A stretch of 64,000 nucleotides of DNA from Candidatus Poribacteria bacterium (GTDB lineage Bacteria > Poribacteria > WGA-4E > WGA-3G): positions 3,730,272-3,794,271 of the forward strand of contig CBDHGE010000001.1 in NCBI GenBank assembly GCA_965262955.1. The letters are read 5' to 3'. The notes beneath the pieces are model-generated. The model did not search any database. It saw nothing but the letters and a program-made list of their open reading frames with translations, and was not told the origin of the DNA. Shown in pieces: positions 56,750 through 64,000 of the stretch. Each line of letters starts with the position of its first letter. Position 1 is the first letter of the stretch. A program made the translations under genes and the position numbers.

Positions 56750-58009
56750 CTACCCCTTCAGTTTCGCGTAATGGATGGTCGGCTCAATTCCAAGTGCTTC
56801 GCAGCTTCCATTTTTGGCAACGACGATTGTCAGTACTTTATTTCGATAAATCGCTTGAAAATCTTCCGGCTGCCCTGAAAGTGGTAGGGTGTTTGTGAAG
56901 CCATTGGGGAATGAACTCGCGCGTCCCAAGACAGGAGCGAATCTCGGATCGTCCAACTGCGTTTGAACAGTTAAAACACTTTCAGGGGACGGGGTTTCAT
57001 CAGGCATATAGGGTGAACTGAGGTTAATCTCATAGGCGTAATCCGGCATTAGATCTGGAAGGTCATACTCTTTTTTCCCAGCGAAATTGGGCACCCATCT
57101 TGGGAATTCAATCTCAACTTCATAATGGTTTGCCATTTCTGTAACGCGATTTACCATGCCGTAGCGTCTGTAACGTTCGCGCACGTCATCCGAATAAACA
57201 GCACCAGCGGTATCTACCGATCCAGGCATTGTTGTACGCTCACCGCCCGGTGTGACAGTTATAGCAGAACGTAAGCCGAGTAGTATCGGGTAAGCGATCA
57301 ATGAGGGAACCCAACCATAGAACGCCGCACCATAACGCGGTTGTTCCGCTTCTGAACTGAGTTCATCTTTAAACCGGTAAATCCCTTCTACAATCGCGAT
57401 AACTATCCCTAAGAAGATCATCAAATTGCCTTGACTGGCGAAGAGACCGGCGTCTTGCCCGCGTATACTGATTAAAAACAGAATAAGCGGATAGAGTGTT
57501 ATGTTGATTAGACAGTTAATGCCTGTTGATACAGCTGAACTAAAGACAATCGGATTTCCTGCCATCTCCTCAAGTCGTGCTTTAAATTTCGCTGAAAAGG
57601 CACCGAGAAAAGGCTGAGAGAGCATCGTAAAAACATTATGCGGTGCTCGAAGTCTGGATTCTGGGACCTCTGGTATTTGTGCGAATTCTTCGGGAATGCC
57701 CTGTTCTTTTCCTCTCCCAGTTGTTCCCGTCTCGCCGTCTGCGCTATCCGATGTTTCGGGTTTAACGAAAGTCTCAAAAAATTTACGGTTTATCTCAATA
57801 AATGGTTGCCACTCAGCAGGCACATCGCTTTCCATTGAGATGGCGTCAACAGGACATGCCGGTTCACAGGCAGCGCAGTCGATACATTCATCAGGATTGA
57901 TATAAAGTTGATTTTCGCCTTCCGTGGTGTGTATACAGTCAACTGGGCATACATCAACGCATGCGGTATCCATTACGTCAACGCACGGTTCACAAATTAT
58001 GTAAGCCAT
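56750..58009 (-). CDS. Dicluster ferredoxin fused to a membrane domain and a C-terminal Hsp20-like domain
   Basis: N-terminal FdxA-like CVDVCPVDCI / CIDCAACEPACP; about 3 TM helices; C-terminal AIYRNKVLTIVVAK. Confidence 0.75.
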   Translation of the reverse strand: MAYIICEPCVDVMDTACVDVCPVDCIHTTEGENQLYINPDECIDCAACEPACPVDAISMESDVPAEWQPFIEINRKFFETFVKPETSDSADGETGTTGRGKEQGIPEEFAQIPEVPESRLRAPHNVFTMLSQPFLGAFSAKFKARLEEMAGNPIVFSSAVSTGINCLINITLYPLILFLISIRGQDAGLFASQGNLMIFLGIVIAIVEGIYRFKDELSSEAEQPRYGAAFYGWVPSLIAYPILLGLRSAITVTPGGERTTMPGSVDTAGAVYSDDVRERYRRYGMVNRVTEMANHYEVEIEFPRWVPNFAGKKEYDLPDLMPDYAYEINLSSPYMPDETPSPESVLTVQTQLDDPRFAPVLGRASSFPNGFTNTLPLSGQPEDFQAIYRNKVLTIVVAKNGSCEALGIEPTIHYAKLKG

Positions 58010-58097
58010 TTTTCCCTCCTTTTTATAGATACCTTAGTATATTAAGTATACCATAATTAATGGGATATAGCAAACAAATATTCCCACCACTCACGAT

Positions 58098-58126
58098 TTG
58101 ACAAACAGGACAACAGCGTCTATAAT
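58098..58126 (+). promoter_or_regulatory. Consensus sigma-70 promoter
   Basis: TTGACA-17 bp-TATAAT upstream of truD. Confidence 0.75.
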
Positions 58127-58190
58127 GGAATAGAAATTACGCGTTTTTCGTAAATGAAATAACCGTTCGTGAACGAATAAAATTTCGCAA

Positions 58191-58320
58191 TTATGGTGAA
58201 TCATAAAAATAAGTAAACATTCCCGAACCTGCTGTCCTACAAACTTTTAGTTTGTGCCGCTGGCGAGGTTTCCTAACCTCGCCGATCTATAATGTCTAAA
58301 TCATCCTAAAATCTCCATAA
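58191..58320. mobile_element. MITE-like element with internal palindromes
   Basis: Ends TTATGG...CCATAA; contains ACAAACTTTTAGTTTGT and GGCGAGGTTTCCTAACCTCGCC. Confidence 0.55.
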
Positions 58321-58333
58321 AAGCAAACAAAAA

Positions 58334-59422
58334 ATGTTAAAAATAGCACCAGAAGATTTCATCGTTGAAGAACTTTCGCTCTATGAACCTTCACGTGCTG
58401 GAACACATACCTTTTTTGCCATTCGGAAACAAAACCTGAGTACATTAGAGGCGATTAACCGAATTGCGCGAGAACTACAAGTGCCTTCCAGAAACATCGG
58501 CTATGCTGGACTGAAAGATAAAAACGCAGTCTCAACACAGGTATTGTCTGTCGAAGGTGTTCCACCAGAACGGATTTTGAGGGTTGAACACTCCCGTATT
58601 GAAATCTTATGGGCAGAACGGCATGCCCATAAATTGAGAGTAGGGCATCTCCGCGGCAACCGCTTTCAAATTACAATCCGAGATTTCGCTCAAGACCGCC
58701 TCACAATAGTCAAAACAAACATGAAGCGATTGGCAACCGAAGGTGTCCCGAACCGGTTTGGCGTACAAAGATTCGGAAACAGAAACGACTCGCATCTGAT
58801 TGGTAAGGCATTAATGAAATCAGAATGGGAAACGGTTGTCCGCTATATGCTTGCAGATGACACACCGCAATCCAACGATGTGACACGCCGCATACAACGG
58901 GAAGTAGAGCGGAAATCCGCCGAGAAAGCCGTAAAGTGTATTCCTCACCGGCTCCGCAAACTATTTCTGTCGGCGTATCAGGCATATCTGTTCAATTGTA
59001 TATTGGAGAAACGCTCACCTCATTTAGGAAAACTTCTTGAAGGCGACCTTGCGGTAAAGCATAGCAATGGTGCTCCCTTTCTCGTTACAGACGCAAGCAT
59101 TGAACAACATCGAGCAGATGCCCTTGAAATTAGTCCATCAGGACCAATTTTCGGATATAAAATGCGTCTACCAGCTAACGACGTGCTAACCTTGGAGACA
59201 TCCCTTCTCGCAGACGAGGGAGTTCGGCCTGAAAAGTTTCGTAAAGTTGTGGGTATCCGATTACCCGGGACGCGCAGACCACTGCGAATGCCTATGACCT
59301 GCCCTGAAGTCTCCGCGGTTAACAACGAAGGCATCCGTCTCAGTTTCACACTACCTGCAGGTGGTTATGCTACAGTAGTGTTGGAAGAAGTGCTATCTGA
59401 CATGGAATTTTTGAGATGTTAG
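58334..59422 (+). CDS. truD: tRNA pseudouridine(13) synthase TruD
   Basis: PEDFIVEE, GYAGLKDK.A, GHLRGNRF, PN.FG.QRFG, F.LP.G.YAT. Confidence 0.95.
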   Translation: MLKIAPEDFIVEELSLYEPSRAGTHTFFAIRKQNLSTLEAINRIARELQVPSRNIGYAGLKDKNAVSTQVLSVEGVPPERILRVEHSRIEILWAERHAHKLRVGHLRGNRFQITIRDFAQDRLTIVKTNMKRLATEGVPNRFGVQRFGNRNDSHLIGKALMKSEWETVVRYMLADDTPQSNDVTRRIQREVERKSAEKAVKCIPHRLRKLFLSAYQAYLFNCILEKRSPHLGKLLEGDLAVKHSNGAPFLVTDASIEQHRADALEISPSGPIFGYKMRLPANDVLTLETSLLADEGVRPEKFRKVVGIRLPGTRRPLRMPMTCPEVSAVNNEGIRLSFTLPAGGYATVVLEEVLSDMEFLRC

Positions 59423-59493
59423 CACACTTGGCACAGAAATTTCGCATAAAAGCATCAAAAATCAACCGAAGTCATACATAACGTGTTTTTTTC

Positions 59494-59523
59494 TTGACAC
59501 ATTATGTAAAAATAAGGTAAAAT
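59494..59523 (+). promoter_or_regulatory. sigma-70-type promoter
   Basis: TTGACA-18 bp-TAAAAT upstream of the ECF sigma gene. Confidence 0.5.
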
Positions 59524-59694
59524 TATGATAACTTTTTTCTTAAGATGTTTATAGATGTTTATGCGCGTTAATCCTCCAAGGCGTGCCATTTTTCTTTCAT
59601 AATTTTTTTACATATTTTGAAACGCAATTGAATATATCTACGTTATATCATTTAGCCTGCTATATGGATATTATAGGTAAAGGAGCAGATAGTA

Positions 59695-60309
59695 ATGGCG
59701 CGCCAAATATCTAACGACTTATCTGCTGTCGAAGATACCTATCTCGCGACGCAAGCGAAAGCGGGTAATGATGCTGCGTTTAGGCAATTGTTCGACAAGC
59801 ATTATAAGTGGGTGTATAACAAAGCCCATCGAATGCTTGGGAACTACCAAGATGCGGAAGAAGTAGCCTCGGATGTGTTTATCAAGGTCTGGCAAAAGCT
59901 GGGCAAATGGGACACAGAACAGGGCAGTTTTCAAGCATGGCTAAATACAGTGGCTCGAAATACGATCATCGATGCAATACGCAAACGGGATCGAATTCGA
60001 GAACGCCCGCTCAGTGGCTTGCCCGATGAGGATGAACAGCCGTTGAGTCAATATGAGGATTTACGTCCTGGCCCCGAACAAGAATACGAAGCTGCGGAAG
60101 CACAAAGGATCTTGGAGGGGGCACTTGAACAGGTGACGAAACCCAATCATCGTATTGCTTGGATGCTGCGGCACTTGGAAGGCTACAGTATTGCTGAGAT
60201 TGCCCGAATTCTGAATCGGAAAGATGGCACTGTAAAGATTTGGATCTTTCGGTGCACCGAAGAATTGCGGAAAATCTTGGTTGCTAAAGGTATCCAGTGG
60301 ATATATTAA
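59695..60309 (+). CDS. ECF RNA polymerase sigma factor
   Basis: DAEEV...VF.KVW, F.AWL..VARN..ID, EGYS..EIA..L....GTVK. Confidence 0.93.
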   Translation: MARQISNDLSAVEDTYLATQAKAGNDAAFRQLFDKHYKWVYNKAHRMLGNYQDAEEVASDVFIKVWQKLGKWDTEQGSFQAWLNTVARNTIIDAIRKRDRIRERPLSGLPDEDEQPLSQYEDLRPGPEQEYEAAEAQRILEGALEQVTKPNHRIAWMLRHLEGYSIAEIARILNRKDGTVKIWIFRCTEELRKILVAKGIQWIY

Positions 60310-60335
60310 TTTTATTGATTGGAGGATTAACCCTT

Positions 60336-60989
60336 ATGCGTTTTTGGAAGAGATCGCGGAAGCTTAATATCTCTGCGGATGATTTGAAAAAAGCAGAGAT
60401 GTTAGAAGTTTATACGCGATGGCTTAAAAACGAAAAATTATCACGTAAACAAAAACGTCTTCTGAAGGATATTAATAGTTTGACGGAGCTTCAACCCCTA
60501 AAACAGTTGGTTGAATTCGCACACTACCGCTTCGAGGAGCGGGAAAATATTATGCCGCGACCTGGGGCGGAAGAACGGGCGAAAGCACGCGTGATGGCGG
60601 AAATTCGGGGCGAAGCACCGGAGACAGTTTCCATCGACGGGCTGCAAGCGCAACCCGTTTATGAGGAGCAAGGTATGGGTAGCGAGACTACTGAAATCAT
60701 GCAAGTTGACGCATCCTTACCCGACCCAGACGCAGTAGAGAATTGGGATGAGGGGCAGTCGACTACTGCATCCCCGGAAGAGTTGAAACGTTACGACACA
60801 CTCCAGACGCTTTCCCGTCTGCACGTCCGGTTTGAACAGAAAGATGACGATGTATATGTCACAGATTTAGGCGGTTCCGATGCAACTTATGTTGATGGCA
60901 TCCACGCTAAAAATCAGACTCGCGTTCAATCGGGTTCTACGCTAAAATGCGGTAAAGTTAGTTTTAAAGTCGTCAACATTAAACGTTAA
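60336..60989 (+). CDS. Cytoplasmic protein with C-terminal degenerate FHA domain (candidate anti-sigma)
   Basis: SR.H, V.DLG.S..TYVDG; start at MRFW after GGAGGA; directly after the ECF gene. Confidence 0.7.
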   Translation: MRFWKRSRKLNISADDLKKAEMLEVYTRWLKNEKLSRKQKRLLKDINSLTELQPLKQLVEFAHYRFEERENIMPRPGAEERAKARVMAEIRGEAPETVSIDGLQAQPVYEEQGMGSETTEIMQVDASLPDPDAVENWDEGQSTTASPEELKRYDTLQTLSRLHVRFEQKDDDVYVTDLGGSDATYVDGIHAKNQTRVQSGSTLKCGKVSFKVVNIKR

Positions 60990-62114
60990 TTGTCACGTAG
61001 GAGAAGGATTGTGCTGTGCATTGGGGATGCACACTTCAATGCACTTCCATTCCTTATAGAGGCAGTGTACTTAAATCATACCAGTTCGCTGGCTTTGTCA
61101 CATTTTCAACAGGCAACGCTCAGCTATGGGCAAGCGTGCTACGTTGAAGCCATCCAACACTACCTCGCCGGCTTGAGATTAGGTGCAGCACAGCATCACT
61201 ATATCTATGCGGACCTCGCGAAAGCATACGAAATGGTTGGGCAGTGGGATAAGGCGTTAGCATGCCTTGATGTCGCACTGCAATTATGTCCGGATTCACC
61301 CACAGCACTTAGACGTAAAGCACGTATCCTTGATGAGAAAGCATGTTACGATGCATTGATTTGTCTGGACGATTTTCGTGAACCGCCTCCCCACGAATTC
61401 CTCGAACGGTTGCTCGAACGGTTGCAAGACGAACCCACAACACCACCTAAACAGATCGTAAATTCCGAATTTTTCAACCTCACTTGTCATTCCGTGATGG
61501 AACCACAGACGGTCTGGAATATCTATCGGCTTGTTCATCAAGCCCACGCTGAACTTGGTGAAATGTTTGGGTGTTATCCCATCGTCCCAGTACCGATCTC
61601 GATTATCAATACAAATGGTATTGCTGCGTCCCAAAGTGCTCTCCCGAAGTGGGCGGGTGGATGTTACGACGGAAGCATTCACTTGGTATATTGTGCTGCT
61701 GGTGAGCCAGTTTTGAATATTCTCTATTCCCTGCTACGGCACGAGTGGGTACATTTATTAATCCATTACTTAGCACACGGGCATTGCCCTATATGGCTCA
61801 ATGAAGGACTCGCACGAAGCATAGCACGTCCGATGTTCCAATCCGAACGGTTTGAGTTGGAACACGCGATTAAGAAAAAATCCCTGTTTTCCTTTGCGGA
61901 ATTGAGCGAACCCTTTAGCCAACTTCCAGCAAAATCTCGGAAATTAGCTTATATCCAATCTGCAGCGATAGCAGAATTTCTCATCCAACATTTCGGTTTC
62001 CCGAAGATTCGTGAGCTACTTCACGAACTAAGCGACGGCACCCCAATAGAGAACGCAATTGAAGAGGTATGTGAGCAAACTTTGACGGAAATACCGTTAG
62101 CAGGTGCGTTCTAG
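60990..62114 (+). CDS. TPR plus peptidase-MA-like zinc metallopeptidase domain protein
   Basis: N-terminal TPRs; LRHEWVH...P.WLNEGLA; AYIQS. Confidence 0.82.
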   Translation: MSRRRRIVLCIGDAHFNALPFLIEAVYLNHTSSLALSHFQQATLSYGQACYVEAIQHYLAGLRLGAAQHHYIYADLAKAYEMVGQWDKALACLDVALQLCPDSPTALRRKARILDEKACYDALICLDDFREPPPHEFLERLLERLQDEPTTPPKQIVNSEFFNLTCHSVMEPQTVWNIYRLVHQAHAELGEMFGCYPIVPVPISIINTNGIAASQSALPKWAGGCYDGSIHLVYCAAGEPVLNILYSLLRHEWVHLLIHYLAHGHCPIWLNEGLARSIARPMFQSERFELEHAIKKKSLFSFAELSEPFSQLPAKSRKLAYIQSAAIAEFLIQHFGFPKIRELLHELSDGTPIENAIEEVCEQTLTEIPLAGAF

Positions 62115-62153
62115 ACATAGATCCCAATCTCCCCATACTGCAGAATACCAACG

Positions 62154-62648
62154 ATGACAAAATTAGATATCGGTATCCTTATTCTTGTCGCATTAGCCGG
62201 ACTGAGTTGTTACCGAGCGGGTTTTACTCGGAGTGCTTGGGGTATATTCGCGTTGGGTGCCGGTTTTGCGACCGCTTGTCAATTTTGGCATTCCCTTGCA
62301 ACATACCTCCAAAAATTCATAGAAAATCCGACCTTCGCAAAATGGGTGAGTATTGTCGTCCTAATTGTCGTTACCTCTATTATAGTTGATACCCTCTTTG
62401 AACGCATCCAACGAATTATTGAAAAAGGAGTTTTGGGCTGGCTAAATCGCCTCCTTGGACTTTGCTTTGGCGTCGCGTCAGGCGGGCTTTTAATCGCCTT
62501 CGCCCTCATCTTCCTTAACAGTTATGCTGGTGACGGCTTTAAAAACGAAATTGCGAACTCCCGTTTTGCCCCACAACTCCTCGATATTGGTAATCGCGTT
62601 TGGGCAGTTACTAAACAACACGTGGAAAAACAATTGGATACCGAATGA
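62154..62648 (+). CDS. cvpA: CvpA (colicin V production) family membrane protein
   Basis: LDI.I, GF.R, LG.LNRLLG..FG...G, S.FAP. Confidence 0.85.
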   Translation: MTKLDIGILILVALAGLSCYRAGFTRSAWGIFALGAGFATACQFWHSLATYLQKFIENPTFAKWVSIVVLIVVTSIIVDTLFERIQRIIEKGVLGWLNRLLGLCFGVASGGLLIAFALIFLNSYAGDGFKNEIANSRFAPQLLDIGNRVWAVTKQHVEKQLDTE

Positions 62649-63562
62649 AAAACCTTCTCGTAGCCTCGGCTTTGATTTTCTTATGTGTGCTCCCGATACC
62701 TGTGTCAGCACAGGTATCTGATTTTGCGGACTCACTCTTTCAGGAAGGCGATTACCTCAATGCTGCTCACGAATACAAACGGATCCTCTTTCTACATCCT
62801 AATCTCCCACGTATCGATTTCGTAGCTTTTCGTGTTGCCGCATCATACCAGAACGCTGGACAATTGGAAAAAGCAATCTCTGCCTATAAGTTTCTGATTG
62901 ATACCTATCCAAATAGCTCGCTTGTTGAACGTGCTACAAACAACATTGCCCAGTGTCACATCTTGTTAGGGGATAGAGAGCAAGGGATTGCCGCACTCGA
63001 AAACTTCCTCACCAAGCATAAGAGGAGCGACCTATCACCACTCGCGCATTTTACAATTGGGATGCTTCATATAGATAAAAGCGAATGGACAGAAGCAGGG
63101 AGGGTATGGAATGAGGTCTTTTCAGCCTATCCAGATAGTCCTTTTGCTAAAATCAGTGCGAGATTAGCACGAATGGTAAATAACGTTGATACGCTACCTC
63201 GCCGTTCACCAACGGTTGCTGGTGTGCTTTCAGCGTTGATGCCGGGGAGCGGACAAATTTACAGCGGAAAAACTGTGGATGGACTTTATGCCTTTATGAG
63301 CGTGGCAGTGTTAGGTAGCGCCAGTGTTTATTATATCAGCGAAGAACGCTATGAAGTTGCTGTCCCTGTGGCAGTTCTTGGGGCGGTCTTTTATGGTAAT
63401 AGCATCTATCGGGGGATCCGAGCCGCGGAAACATTCAATCTGCAGCACGAACAGCGTTTTCGGAATCAAATTCAACAGGAAATTAGGGATTCAGGATTAT
63501 TCGGGGCAACATCGACACTGAAAGACAGCCCGAGATTGGTCCTGTGGCGGTCCAGATTTTGA
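62645..63562 (+). CDS. Secreted TPR (BamD/YbgF-like) protein with C-terminal membrane segment
   Basis: Signal peptide, TPRs with YP.S, SP..AG.LSA..PG.GQ.Y; ATGA overlap with cvpA. Confidence 0.8.
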   Translation: MKNLLVASALIFLCVLPIPVSAQVSDFADSLFQEGDYLNAAHEYKRILFLHPNLPRIDFVAFRVAASYQNAGQLEKAISAYKFLIDTYPNSSLVERATNNIAQCHILLGDREQGIAALENFLTKHKRSDLSPLAHFTIGMLHIDKSEWTEAGRVWNEVFSAYPDSPFAKISARLARMVNNVDTLPRRSPTVAGVLSALMPGSGQIYSGKTVDGLYAFMSVAVLGSASVYYISEERYEVAVPVAVLGAVFYGNSIYRGIRAAETFNLQHEQRFRNQIQQEIRDSGLFGATSTLKDSPRLVLWRSRF

Positions 63563-63564
63563 GC

Positions 63565-64000
63565 ATGACAGTATTGCCTTTGTATCTCTCTATCATAGCT
63601 TTCGCAATTAGCAGCGTCCCTGAGGACGGAAGTCAACAGCACCGTTACGCAGAACAACTTTTCGCGTCGGGCAATTATCAAGCAGCGAGACGTGCCTATA
63701 AACGGATCCTGTTTTATCAACCCGATACCCAACTCAAAGATGTAGCCGACTACCGAATTGCCCAAACCTATTATCATCAGAACCTTACCCAAAAGGCGGA
63801 GCGGCTATTTCAAGAATTTCCAGCTACACATCCCAATTCAACGCTACGGTTTCAGAGCCAATTGATGCTTGGACAGATCCAGTTTGATACTGGACAATAT
63901 TCACTCGCACGGACAACACTCTTTGAACTCCTACACACAAACCAGGATGCGGACGTTACAGCAGCAGCACACTATTTGCGTGGTTGGTGCTTCGTTTACA
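63565..64000 (+). CDS. TPR protein similar to 62645..63562 (3'-truncated; absent from ORF track)
   Basis: MTVLPLYLSIIAFAISS...YAEQLFASGNYQAARRAYKRILFYQPD; frame open to window end. Confidence 0.8.
   Translation, partial: MTVLPLYLSIIAFAISSVPEDGSQQHRYAEQLFASGNYQAARRAYKRILFYQPDTQLKDVADYRIAQTYYHQNLTQKAERLFQEFPATHPNSTLRFQSQLMLGQIQFDTGQYSLARTTLFELLHTNQDADVTAAAHYLRGWCFVY

Noticed and set aside
59429-59446. TGGCAC-led possible sigma-54 promoter before the ECF gene
   Set aside because: GG-to-GC spacing is 12 rather than 10.
276-63792. Many short antisense or alternate-frame ORFs in the track (e.g. 276..764, 3506..4096, 4873..5394, 15638..16168, 33333..33848, 63472..63792)
   Set aside because: They overlap well-supported genes and show no motifs; treated as shadow ORFs.
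1-64000. tRNA, rRNA, transposase, integrase or prophage genes
   Set aside because: None recognised by eye; a tRNAscan/Infernal run is needed to exclude small RNAs formally.

Overview
64 kb of gene-dense bacterial chromosome, most likely from a Candidatus Poribacteria-like organism. This is inferred from the many secreted LamG/PD40/TPR/FG-GAP/FGE-like/dockerin proteins and the recurring C-terminal 'V.P..KLATTWG.LK' tail. Contents: an ActP-type symporter pair; a type II secretion cluster (gspE, F, G, H, I, J, K, a PilM/GspL-like gene, a GspM/PilO-like gene, gspD) with two tail-bearing secreted paralogs between gspE and gspF; a block of further tail-bearing secreted proteins; a squalene-hopene-cyclase-like gene with a GT2; a TonB-dependent receptor; a glpK-kinase-NtrC operon; a SpoIVB-peptidase/beta-propeller pair; bioA; truD; and an ECF sigma locus. 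Top finding: the ORF track splits one gene at 47669..48901. Reading through the in-frame TGA at 48557 gives a 410-aa lipoprotein with the motif DESC-U-GSGKTLR that aligns with animal selenoprotein N (SELENON), and a bacterial-SECIS-like hairpin lies just 3' of the UGA. Other notable points: a candidate C-terminal sorting tail on 8 signal-peptide proteins, genetically linked to the T2SS; a ~30-bp micro-element inserted three times at TT^C sites, twice in REP-like hairpin loops; nested MITE-like repeats, one supplying the -35 box of a consensus promoter; a secretin with six N-type repeats; a ferredoxin-membrane-Hsp20-like fusion; and an orphan sigma-54 promoter. No rRNA, tRNA, CRISPR array or transposase was seen. 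All homology calls are from motif recognition, not database searches.
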